Below, one piece after another: positions 16,536-24,000 of a stretch of DNA of 24,000 nt; the stretch's first letter is position 1, and each line of letters begins with the position of its first letter. The notes under the pieces were generated by a model. The model searched no databases, was not told the origin of the DNA, and saw only the letters and a program-made list of their open reading frames with translations. Made by a program: the position numbers and the translations under genes. Origin of the DNA: Mycoplasmatales bacterium (lineage in GTDB: Bacteria; Bacillota_I; Bacilli_A; UBA3375); NCBI GenBank assembly GCA_051649085.1, contig JBOFGK010000052.1, positions 6,685 to 30,684 of the forward strand. The letters are read 5' to 3'.

Positions 16536-17015
16536 TTATTTATTTAGAAGTTTAATAATATCTTGTTCAATTGCTTTTGGTGTAGTTGTTGGTGCATAAC
16601 GCTTGATGACAGTTCCATTCGCATCAACTAAGAATTTGGTAAAATTCCATTTAATTCTTTTAGAAAATAAGCTTCCACTTTGACTTTTTAAGTAATTGAA
16701 TAATCGATGCTCACTAGGACCATTAACATCAATTTTAGCATAAATTGGAAAAGTAACACCATAGTTTAGTGAACAAAAGTTTACAGTTTCATCAATCGAA
16801 GCAAATTCTTGATTATTAAATTGATCACATGGGAATCCTAGAATTTCCAATCCTGAAGTTTGATGTTTTTGATAAAGTTCTTGTAATTCACTAAATTGTG
16901 GTGTTAATCCACACTTAGATGCTGTATTGACGATTAGCAAAACCTTACCTTCATATTTTGCTAAAGTTTCTAATTGTCCTTGCTTTGTTGCTACTTCAAT
17001 TTCATAAATTGACAT
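16536..17015 (-). CDS. Glutathione peroxidase (Cys-type)
   Basis: The 159-aa ORF has an AGGAGG SD. GPx motifs are present: NTASKCGLTPQ, LGFPCDQFNNQE, KWNFTKFLV. Confidence 0.9.
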   Translation of the reverse strand: MSIYEIEVATKQGQLETLAKYEGKVLLIVNTASKCGLTPQFSELQELYQKHQTSGLEILGFPCDQFNNQEFASIDETVNFCSLNYGVTFPIYAKIDVNGPSEHRLFNYLKSQSGSLFSKRIKWNFTKFLVDANGTVIKRYAPTTTPKAIEQDIIKLLNK

Positions 17016-17055
17016 TAATCCTCCTAGGTATTCTTAAATAAGTTTGATTAGTAAA

Positions 17056-17064
17056 ATTATAACA
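17056..17064 (-). promoter_or_regulatory. Candidate extended -10 promoter for glutathione peroxidase
   Basis: The - strand reads TGTTATAAT, about 25 nt upstream of the SD. TTGAAA lies upstream but with a too-short 14-nt spacer. Confidence 0.35.
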
Positions 17065-17293
17065 AAAAAATCACTTTTCAAACGAAAAAGTCCGTAATTT
17101 TAATAGGATTACATCACTTGTTAGGCGGATATTAATTTAGGATGAAGATCCATTGTCTTTTAATAAGTATTGTAATCTTAGCTTTAATTATTTGATTATT
17201 CTTGCTGCAAAAATTTATAAATCATCAAGCAACAGGTCGTGACAAATAATATATGAGTCATTCGTCTAAAATCTACGAAAAAATAAGATAATT

Positions 17294-17302
17294 TGCTACA
17301 AT
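17294..17302 (+). promoter_or_regulatory. Candidate extended -10 promoter for the tsaB-rimI-ispE-priA gene string
   Basis: TGCTACAAT (TGn + TACAAT) lies about 20 nt upstream of the AGAGG SD of tsaB. There is no clear -35. Confidence 0.35.
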
Positions 17303-17332
17303 ATAAGTAATTAGAAATTTAAAGAGGTAGAG

Positions 17333-17836
17333 ATGAATTTATTTATATCAACAGCAACAAGTCAAGTTATAATTGGTTTTTTTGAATCAAAAACAAAAAT
17401 CGACGAAATTATTGAATATGAAGGAAAAAATAATCACAATATTACCTTCTTTGAACAAATTGAGCAACACAAAGAAAAATTAAGTAAAGTTACAGAAATA
17501 TATGTTGTAAATGGTCCAGGTTCATTCACCGGATTGCGGGTTGGAGTCTTATTTGCTAAAACTTTTGCACTTGAGAAAAAAATTAGACTTCATAAAATCG
17601 ATTTGTTAACAGCTCTCGAGCTTACTAATGAACAAAAACTGATTGGAGTAGATGCACGTTCAAAGAAATATTTTGTCCATGATGGCCCCAAAATAGTTAT
17701 TAAGGAAGAACAAGAATTGCCAAATTACAATTTAGATGCTAAAATAATTCAAGCAAAAATCCCAGTTATTTTTGCAAAATCCCAACAAATTGAGCCATTA
17801 GAATTAGATGTCGAGTATTTCAAAAATGTATTATAG
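17333..17836 (+). CDS. tsaB: tRNA t6A37 threonylcarbamoyl transfer protein TsaB (YeaZ), short form
   Basis: The ORF is 167 aa. It has the motif VVNGPGSFTGLRVGVLFAKTFA, characteristic of TsaB/YeaZ. It is followed by rimI, as in the usual tsaB-rimI arrangement. Confidence 0.8.
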   Translation: MNLFISTATSQVIIGFFESKTKIDEIIEYEGKNNHNITFFEQIEQHKEKLSKVTEIYVVNGPGSFTGLRVGVLFAKTFALEKKIRLHKIDLLTALELTNEQKLIGVDARSKKYFVHDGPKIVIKEEQELPNYNLDAKIIQAKIPVIFAKSQQIEPLELDVEYFKNVL

Positions 17837-18230
17837 TTATCATCAGTTTACAGATGAAATAAAACAACAAATAATGGATTTAGAATATATAGCATTTAAG
17901 CAAACTTTAACCAACATTTATTTAGTAGACAGTCAAATATTATTTATAGTTGAACAAACCGAAGACGAACTGTGTGGTTTTTGTTCGTTTAAAATAAACG
18001 ATTTAGGAGTTGATATTTTTAATATCGCAGTTGTTGATAAATATAAACGAAAAGGAATCGCCACAAAATTATTTAAAATGCTACCTCAAGAATATGATAT
18101 AGTTTTAGAAGTAAAGCCAAGCAATAAGCAAGCAATTGAGTTTTATAAAAGTCAAGGATTAAACTTTTCACATACGCTTTTGAATTACTACCAAAATGAG
18201 GATGCATTTGTTTTTATAAAGAGGAGATAG
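17808..18230 (+). CDS. rimI: GNAT N-acetyltransferase, RimI-like (ribosomal-protein-alanine acetyltransferase)
   Basis: The ORF is 140 aa. It has the GNAT acetyl-CoA motif AVVDKYKRKGIATKLF and sits after tsaB. The start is ambiguous: ATG 17808 gives a 29-nt overlap with tsaB, and ATG 17826 is the alternative. Confidence 0.7.
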   Translation: MSSISKMYYSYHQFTDEIKQQIMDLEYIAFKQTLTNIYLVDSQILFIVEQTEDELCGFCSFKINDLGVDIFNIAVVDKYKRKGIATKLFKMLPQEYDIVLEVKPSNKQAIEFYKSQGLNFSHTLLNYYQNEDAFVFIKRR

Positions 18231-18234
18231 TAAA

Positions 18235-19761
18235 ATGAAAATAACATATGTACTTAATAAGTATTATGAAGAACTAAGTAAAAACGGATACAACATTTAT
18301 GCACTTGCCCTAAAAGGAAGTCAAAATTATAACCTAGACGATGAGAATAGTGATATTGATGCAATTGCAGTTGTGTTACCAACGATGAGTGAACTTGTTG
18401 AGAACCTAATAATAAAAGAAAAATTCATTTTTTCAACAGGCGAAGTAGAAGTACATGACATTCGCAACTTTGAACAAATAGTTAGAAAAGGAAATCCTAA
18501 TTTCATTGAGATAATACATTCTCGATACATTTTAGGGGATTTATCAATATTTAAAAATCAACAAATTAATTCAAAAGCGCTTATTGGCTTGATGAAAGCA
18601 AAAGAGAAAGCCTTACTTAAAACTAATAATACTTTTAGTCAAGAACTCGGATATAATCCAAAGGAACTTTTACACACATTTCGATTGGCAGAAATGTATG
18701 ATCGATTAGAAGCGGGTGAACAAGTTTCACGAAAACTCTTTTTAACAAGCAAACGTGATGTTTTATATCCAATTAAAGTTGGTGCTATTCCATTAGAAAA
18801 AGCCTTGCACTTAAATAAAGTGGTTGAGTATTACGAAAAGAGAAAAACAATAATCGATGTAGTGAATGAAGATCTGAAAGAAAAAGTAAATCAAATTATT
18901 TGTGAAAATATTCTTCGTAAAAAACAAGTAATTGAGTATGCATATGCAAAAGTTAATTTAGTATTAAATGTTTTGGGTAAAAGGTCAGATGGTTACCATG
19001 AAGTTGATTTTATAATGAACTCTTTAGATTTATATGACATTGTTTCGATTGAAGAAAGTAAATTTGATTCGGTAATAGTTGATGGAATGCCTCATTTATC
19101 TAATGAAAGTAATTTAGCATTTAAAGCCTTAAAGTTACTTAAAATGCGCTATAAACTAACCAAAAATTATTTGATTAAGATATCTAAAAAAATTCCGATT
19201 GCTGCAGGCCTTGCTGGAGGAAGTGCAGATGCAGCAGCAGTAATTCGCGGAATCAATCGAATCGAAAATTTAGGTTTGACAGTTGCAGAACAGATAAAGT
19301 TTGCGGCAAATTTAGGCTCTGATGTTCCATTTTGTATTTATAATAAATTAGCCCGAGCTACAGGACGTGGTGAAATAATTAGTCCATTATCGCAAAAATT
19401 ACCAGAAGCAACAATACTTGTCATTAATCCAGGAATTGAATTGCCTACAAAAGATGTATTTCAAAATTACCGTGTCAACGGAAAACATGGATCACATGAA
19501 AGCTTCAAAAACGCGCAAACTTTTGCAGAGTTTACAACAGCACTTCACAATGATTTAGTAAGATCTGCCTTTGGGATCTGTCCGGAATTAGTTGAGCTAA
19601 ATAAATATTTAGAAAGACATAATTTTAAAAATCGATTGATGTCCGGAAGTGGAGCAACAATGTTAGTATTTTTCGAAACATATCGTGAAGCATTGATTGC
19701 AAAAGAGACAATAAGTCAAAAGTATCCACAAATAACTATTTGTCAGATGCGTGAAAATTAA
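18235..19761 (+). CDS. ispE: Fusion protein: N-terminal RlaP/YcgL-type Pol-beta-superfamily nucleotidyltransferase domain + C-terminal 4-diphosphocytidyl-2-C-methyl-D-erythritol kinase (IspE, GHMP kinase)
   Basis: The 508-aa ORF has an AGGAG SD. In residues 1 to about 230, the motif LKGSQNYNLDDENSDIDAIAVV fits the GS-x9-13-DxD nucleotidyltransferase motif, and KGNPNFIEIIHS is also present. From about residue 233 the IspE domain begins: YAKVNLVLNVLGKRSDGYHEV, KKIPIAAGLAGGSADAAAV, GSDVPFC, MSGSGATM. There is no in-frame stop or ATG at the junction (nt 18931). Confidence 0.85.
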   Translation: MKITYVLNKYYEELSKNGYNIYALALKGSQNYNLDDENSDIDAIAVVLPTMSELVENLIIKEKFIFSTGEVEVHDIRNFEQIVRKGNPNFIEIIHSRYILGDLSIFKNQQINSKALIGLMKAKEKALLKTNNTFSQELGYNPKELLHTFRLAEMYDRLEAGEQVSRKLFLTSKRDVLYPIKVGAIPLEKALHLNKVVEYYEKRKTIIDVVNEDLKEKVNQIICENILRKKQVIEYAYAKVNLVLNVLGKRSDGYHEVDFIMNSLDLYDIVSIEESKFDSVIVDGMPHLSNESNLAFKALKLLKMRYKLTKNYLIKISKKIPIAAGLAGGSADAAAVIRGINRIENLGLTVAEQIKFAANLGSDVPFCIYNKLARATGRGEIISPLSQKLPEATILVINPGIELPTKDVFQNYRVNGKHGSHESFKNAQTFAEFTTALHNDLVRSAFGICPELVELNKYLERHNFKNRLMSGSGATMLVFFETYREALIAKETISQKYPQITICQMREN

Positions 19762-22013
19762 TGAAGTTAGTTGACATTTTAATAAGCATTAAGCAAAAAG
19801 AATTTTCACAATTATATACATATCAAATAAGTGATGAACTTTTCACTAAAATTTCCAGATATTCAATTGTTGTTGTCCCTTTTGGACAACAAATTGTTCA
19901 AGGAATAGTTTTGAATTTGAAAACAGAAAATAAATTTGAAGAAAATGCTAGCTTTAAATCGGTAATTACGGTTGCAGAACGACATGTGTTAAATCCGATT
20001 CAACTTGAATTTCTAAATTTTCTTAAGCAAAATCAAATTTGTTCGATTCAATCATTGATGAAAGCATTCATTCCAAAAGCTAACAAAATTAAACTTAAAG
20101 TATATGTTCCATTTGGTGATAAGGAATATTTATATGATCGCTTATCATATCCGAAGAAAAAAGAAGTTAATTCTTTACTGGCGAACGATAAATTAAAACT
20201 TCGAATTGAACTTGAGTATAAAGTTAAAGCACAATATGAAAAAATTGTGAAATTTGAAAAAGACGAAATTGGTTTAACCAAAAGACAAAGTGAAGTCTTA
20301 ATGCTAATTAAAAAAAGAAAAGTAATTAAATTATCAGAATTGATTCATGTTGCTAAATGTACAAGATCAGTTATTGATAAACTGGAGGCTGCCCAAACAA
20401 TTACAATCACAGATGAGCAAAAAATATTCAAACAAAATTTCAAAAGTTTCAATAAAATAGTCGAATTAACTGCTGAACAGATACAAGCTACTGAGCAAAC
20501 AAAAGTAAGCACAAAACCTGTACTTATTCACGGAGTAACAGGAAGTGGAAAAAGTGAAGTTTATCTAAAACTAGTTGAAAATTTGTTTATGAATGCAAAG
20601 CAGGAGTCTGATACACAAGTATTAATTCTCGTACCAACAGCAACAATTATGCTCCAATTTATTCAAAGGTTAAATTATCAATATAAAGATCAGGTTATAT
20701 TTTTAGATGAAAAAATGGCCCCAACAGAGTATCTATCATATTATGAGCAAATCAAAGAGGGAACAATTAAGGTTGTAATTGGAACATTTAAAACAATTTT
20801 TGCACCATTTAAAAACTTACAACTTGTAATTGTTGATGAAGAGCATGATCAAAGTTATCAATTGAGACAAAACATTAATCTAAAACTACGGACATACATT
20901 GAATTTCTTGAACAACAACAAATAAAAGTTGTCCTTGGGAGTGCAACGCCAAGTCTTGAGACTTATGCACGAGCACAAGTTGGGAAATATAAATTAGTTT
21001 CTTTGAAAAATACATTTAAAAATGGAGATGTAAAAATTGCATTTGCAGAACAACGACAGAAAAATAGCAATAATGAACTAATTAATCCCAATGTGATAAA
21101 AGAGATTAAGCAAAATGAACAACAAACATTAATTTTATACAACACATTAGGATATGCACCATCTCTGATTTGTGATTATTGTTTGCATGAAGTAGTTTGC
21201 CCGCTTTGTAAATACCCACTAACCTATTTTCAAAGCACTGAACAAAATCGATGTCGACGATGTATGCATACGGAGAAATATCAAGCAAAATGTAATATGT
21301 GCAATCATGGTCAAAATATTGGGAAAAAAATAGGGATTGAACAAGTTGAAGAATTTCTAAAAGCACAAAATCTACTTATTGGCAGACTAGATACATCTCA
21401 AAAACATACTGAACAAATTGCCGTAATAAATAAATTTTTTAAACAAGAAATAAAGGTATTAATCGGAACACAAATTTTAAGTTTAGGAATTGACTTTAAA
21501 AATATTGGTTTAATTGTCATTTTAAATATTGATTACATGCTTAAATTTAGTGATTTTCGTGCAAATGAACGTGTTTATCAAATACTTGAGCAAATGATTG
21601 GACGAGCAGCACGAGACGGTTCGACAACAAAAGTTTTGATTGATACGATTGAGAGGAAACATTTTGTTTTTCAAAATTATCAGCAGCATAATTATCGTGA
21701 TTTTTTTCAAACGGAAATGGCTAATCGAAAGCTTGCTCAAGTGAGTCCGTTTATGAATCAAATTGATATTTATATTAGTCATGAAAATGCAGATTACATA
21801 GACTATTTATTTAAATTGTTTGAGAAAAAAATAAGTGGTCATCTCTGTCAGGTAAGTAGATCGATGGTAACAGATCAATTTTTTTCACTAGGTATGTACA
21901 CAAAAGTGATTTCTGTAAAATATAAATTACAACCAGTAAAAAATGATATTCGTGCTTTTTTTGAGTATTTGAAACAACTTCAAATTGATGTTCAAGTTGA
22001 TTTTAAGTCATAA
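19761..22013 (+). CDS. priA: Primosomal protein N' (replication restart helicase PriA)
   Basis: The ORF is 750 aa, and its ATG overlaps the ispE stop (TAATG). It has the Walker A motif HGVTGSGKSEVY, VIVDEEHD, GSATPS, and a Cys-rich zinc module CDYC..CPLC..CRRC..CNMC. Confidence 0.9.
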   Translation: MKLVDILISIKQKEFSQLYTYQISDELFTKISRYSIVVVPFGQQIVQGIVLNLKTENKFEENASFKSVITVAERHVLNPIQLEFLNFLKQNQICSIQSLMKAFIPKANKIKLKVYVPFGDKEYLYDRLSYPKKKEVNSLLANDKLKLRIELEYKVKAQYEKIVKFEKDEIGLTKRQSEVLMLIKKRKVIKLSELIHVAKCTRSVIDKLEAAQTITITDEQKIFKQNFKSFNKIVELTAEQIQATEQTKVSTKPVLIHGVTGSGKSEVYLKLVENLFMNAKQESDTQVLILVPTATIMLQFIQRLNYQYKDQVIFLDEKMAPTEYLSYYEQIKEGTIKVVIGTFKTIFAPFKNLQLVIVDEEHDQSYQLRQNINLKLRTYIEFLEQQQIKVVLGSATPSLETYARAQVGKYKLVSLKNTFKNGDVKIAFAEQRQKNSNNELINPNVIKEIKQNEQQTLILYNTLGYAPSLICDYCLHEVVCPLCKYPLTYFQSTEQNRCRRCMHTEKYQAKCNMCNHGQNIGKKIGIEQVEEFLKAQNLLIGRLDTSQKHTEQIAVINKFFKQEIKVLIGTQILSLGIDFKNIGLIVILNIDYMLKFSDFRANERVYQILEQMIGRAARDGSTTKVLIDTIERKHFVFQNYQQHNYRDFFQTEMANRKLAQVSPFMNQIDIYISHENADYIDYLFKLFEKKISGHLCQVSRSMVTDQFFSLGMYTKVISVKYKLQPVKNDIRAFFEYLKQLQIDVQVDFKS

Positions 22014-22074
22014 ATGGGAAGATTAATCTCCTTTAGATAGAAAAATCGGTTATAATAGAAATGAGGAGCAATTG

Positions 22075-22878
22075 ATGGACAAAAATGCAAATAAAACTAA
22101 TACATTACTAGATAAAAGTAATGAAAGCACAAATTCGCTAAATCACCAAGTTGATCAAAAGCGAACTCCAAAACGTGTAAATAGAAATAATAAAAGTGGT
22201 CTAGAAAAGCAAATGTCTAAGCCGAGGACAAGAAGTGGTGTAAAACGAACGAATACTGTGCCGATTAAGCCGATTAATTTAGATGAAGTACAACCAAAAG
22301 ATGTGGTTAGGAAAAAAGTTGTTCGTCCAGAAAAAGTAGTAGATTTTAAGTCTTTAAAGGAAAATAGTTCTCAAAAAAAAATTTTGGATGTTAAAGCTGT
22401 AGAAGCAAATAAAAAAACAACACAAGCTTTGAACAAAGTTAATGAGCAAAAAAATTCACAGCATAAGAGGAAAGTAACAGAAAATATAGTTGAAGAAACA
22501 CATAAACCAATTGAGATTACGCTAGATGAAGAAAATTTCAATGATTCAATAAAGCAAACTAATTTGAAAGAACAAAAGAATTTAACTAAAATAGAAACAA
22601 AAATCGATGAAATTAGTGCAATTAATTCGAGTAAAGGTCAAGAAAAATTTTTACTTGTAATTAGAGTGATTGCTCTTTGTTATATTTTATACTATTTTTT
22701 GTTTAGTTTTTTAGGTTTGTACAACTTAATAATTTTTGATTTTTCACCACAAATTCGGGCAGTAATGGTTATGTATTACTTAGCCTATATTGCAATTACA
22801 ATTTTTTTACTTAAAAGTAAAGAACGAAGTTTATATTTAATGATTGTTTTAATAATGATGAGTAAATTCGTATTTTAA
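22075..22878 (+). CDS. Hypothetical protein: Lys/Arg-rich low-complexity N-terminal region plus C-terminal membrane helices
   Basis: I prefer ATG 22075 because GAGGAG at 22063-22068 lies 6 nt upstream. The ORF track begins one codon earlier at TTG 22072. About 190 aa of basic, Asn/Lys-rich sequence is followed by 2-3 hydrophobic helices (FLLVIRVIALCYILYYFLFSFLGLY, AVMVMYYLAYIAITIFLL, LYLMIVLIMM). I recognise no family. Confidence 0.6.
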   Translation: MDKNANKTNTLLDKSNESTNSLNHQVDQKRTPKRVNRNNKSGLEKQMSKPRTRSGVKRTNTVPIKPINLDEVQPKDVVRKKVVRPEKVVDFKSLKENSSQKKILDVKAVEANKKTTQALNKVNEQKNSQHKRKVTENIVEETHKPIEITLDEENFNDSIKQTNLKEQKNLTKIETKIDEISAINSSKGQEKFLLVIRVIALCYILYYFLFSFLGLYNLIIFDFSPQIRAVMVMYYLAYIAITIFLLKSKERSLYLMIVLIMMSKFVF

Positions 22879-22922
22879 AGTAAAAAATTTAAATTAACAA
22901 AATACAGAGAAGAGGATGATAC

Positions 22923-24000
22923 ATGTTTATCGATCAAGTCAAAATCAGTGCGCAAGGTGGTAATGGAGGAAATGGAATTGTTGCCTTTCGTCGTGAAAAG
23001 TTTGTTGCCATGGGTGGTCCAAGTGGTGGAAGTGGTGGTCGCGGTGGAGATATAATTTTCGTTGTAGATCCAGGACTTCGTACACTACTGGATTTTAGTT
23101 TCAATAAGAAATACCAAGCAAATAATGGTGAAAATGGGATGAGTAAAGGAATGCACGGAGCAGCGGCAGATGACTTAATTCTTAAAGTACCCCCTGGAAC
23201 AGTTATTTATAATGATGAAACAGATGAAGTTATTGCCGATCTTGTTGACTATGAAGAACAACACATCGTTGTAAAAGGTGGACGAGGTGGACGTGGAAAC
23301 GCAGAGCTTGCACGTGCAGGACGTCACTCACTAGAAATAAGTGAAAATGGTGAGCCAGGTCAATTGTTAAACTTACGTTTAGAACTTAAACTTTTAGCAG
23401 ATGTTGGACTTGTCGGTTTTCCAAGTGTTGGGAAATCAACGATTATTTCAGTCATTTCAAAAGCAAAACCTAAAATAGCGGCATACCATTTTACAACACT
23501 TGTTCCCAAACTTGGGGTAACAAAGACAACAGATGGAAGAAGTTTTGTTGTGGCTGATTTACCAGGTTTAATTGAAGGGGCACATCTTGGAAAAGGATTA
23601 GGACATCAATTCTTAAGACACATTCAACGTACAAAAGTATTGTTACATGTTATTGATATGTCAGGGATTGAAGGACGTAATCCAATAGAAGATTATGAAA
23701 TTATTAGAAATGAGCTAATCTCTTATGATTACAATTTAGAAAAGAGAGCAGAGTTAATTGTTGCTAACAAAATGGATATGGAAAGTTCAAACGAGAACTT
23801 AATTGAATTTAAAAAAGTGTATCCAGACTTAGAAGTTATTGAAATTTCAGCATTAACGAAAACAGGTTTGGAAATGCTACTAATCAAAACAGCAGATTTA
23901 CTTGATCAAGAGACAGATGAAGAAGAAGTTGTTCAAGAAGAATATTCAAAACTATATAAGTACCAGCCAGAAACTAAATTTGAAATTTTTAAAGATGAAG
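22923..24000 (+). CDS. obg: GTPase Obg/CgtA (3'-truncated by window edge)
   Basis: The frame is open from ATG 22923 to the window end. It has the Obg-fold N-terminus [46 protein letters not shown]. The G-domain shows [23 protein letters not shown]. Confidence 0.92.
   Translation, partial: MFIDQVKISAQGGNGGNGIVAFRREKFVAMGGPSGGSGGRGGDIIFVVDPGLRTLLDFSFNKKYQANNGENGMSKGMHGAAADDLILKVPPGTVIYNDETDEVIADLVDYEEQHIVVKGGRGGRGNAELARAGRHSLEISENGEPGQLLNLRLELKLLADVGLVGFPSVGKSTIISVISKAKPKIAAYHFTTLVPKLGVTKTTDGRSFVVADLPGLIEGAHLGKGLGHQFLRHIQRTKVLLHVIDMSGIEGRNPIEDYEIIRNELISYDYNLEKRAELIVANKMDMESSNENLIEFKKVYPDLEVIEISALTKTGLEMLLIKTADLLDQETDEEEVVQEEYSKLYKYQPETKFEIFKDE

Noticed and set aside
17142-17249. A 17-codon hydrophobic ORF (MKIHCLLISIVILALII, 17142..17195) that would extend to 35 codons (to 17249) if TGA were read as Trp.
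   Set aside because: It has no spaced SD (the ATG directly follows AGG) and is very short. All other evidence in the window supports the standard code with TGG for Trp.
967-21782. These are the short ORFs in the track that lie antisense to, or out of frame within, well-supported genes: 967..1149, 4432..4644, 5854..6045, 7628..7942, 8359..8601, 10759..10941, 11223..11423, 11898..12182, 12256..12453, 13246..13713, 13763..13966, 14947..15495, 15158..15346, 18327..18530, 20048..20281, 20963..21145, 21106..21366, 21522..21782.
   Set aside because: Each is fully embedded in, or mostly overlaps, a gene with strong family motifs. They lack Shine-Dalgarno sites and have low-complexity or odd composition (Leu/Ser/Phe/Ile-rich), typical of shadow ORFs in AT-rich DNA.
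22014-22040. Weak hairpin GGAAGA-TTAA-TCTCC after priA, considered as a terminator.
   Set aside because: It has only about 5 bp with a bulge and lacks a proper T tract.
22051-22056. TATAAT hexamer upstream of the Lys-rich protein gene, considered as a promoter.
   Set aside because: It lies only about 7 nt before the SD, so the transcript would start inside or after the SD. There is no -35 at proper spacing. The gene is more likely co-transcribed with priA.
1-24000. Search for CRISPR repeats, tRNA/rRNA genes, IS elements, integrases, phage genes, toxin-antitoxin pairs or known defence-system signatures.
   Set aside because: I saw no periodic direct repeats, no cloverleaf-like GC-rich islands in the intergenic regions, and no transposase, recombinase or nuclease-type motifs in any ORF. 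This was judged by eye only. A tRNAscan, Infernal, ISfinder or DefenseFinder run would be the decisive check.

Overview
This is an AT-rich window (roughly 30% GC by eye, not computed) that looks like a conserved chromosomal core region of a low-GC Gram-positive or Mollicutes-related bacterium. I base that on strong GGAGG-type Shine-Dalgarno sites, TGG used for Trp, and the Bacillota-typical asp23-yloV(fakA)-recG synteny. Coding density is high and most genes are on the + strand. Left to right the genes are: pgk 3' end, PTS EIIA, L-serine dehydratase (-), a tightly coupled operon (murF-like ligase with a membrane N-terminus, ddl, a WecA/TagO-type phosphotransferase, an S41 Ctp peptidase, folD, ychF), a small accessory-looking patch (a split membrane ORF, orphan nrdI, a zinc-ribbon membrane protein), then thioredoxin, asp23, fakA/yloV, recG and an unknown ORF. 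After these come glutathione peroxidase (-), tsaB, rimI, a nucleotidyltransferase-IspE fusion, priA, a Lys-rich membrane protein, and the obg 5' part. I saw no tRNA, rRNA, CRISPR array, transposase/integrase or long repeat. Most of the window is ordinary housekeeping. The two observations I rate highest are (1) a MurF-like Mur ligase whose soluble N-terminal domain is replaced by about 175 aa of transmembrane helices, translationally coupled to ddl, a WecA/TagO-type (not MraY-type) transferase and a peptidoglycan-binding Ctp protease, and (2) an in-frame fusion of an RlaP/YcgL-type Pol-beta nucleotidyltransferase to IspE. Both are architecture-level inferences from motifs read by eye and need profile and structure searches plus genome context to confirm.
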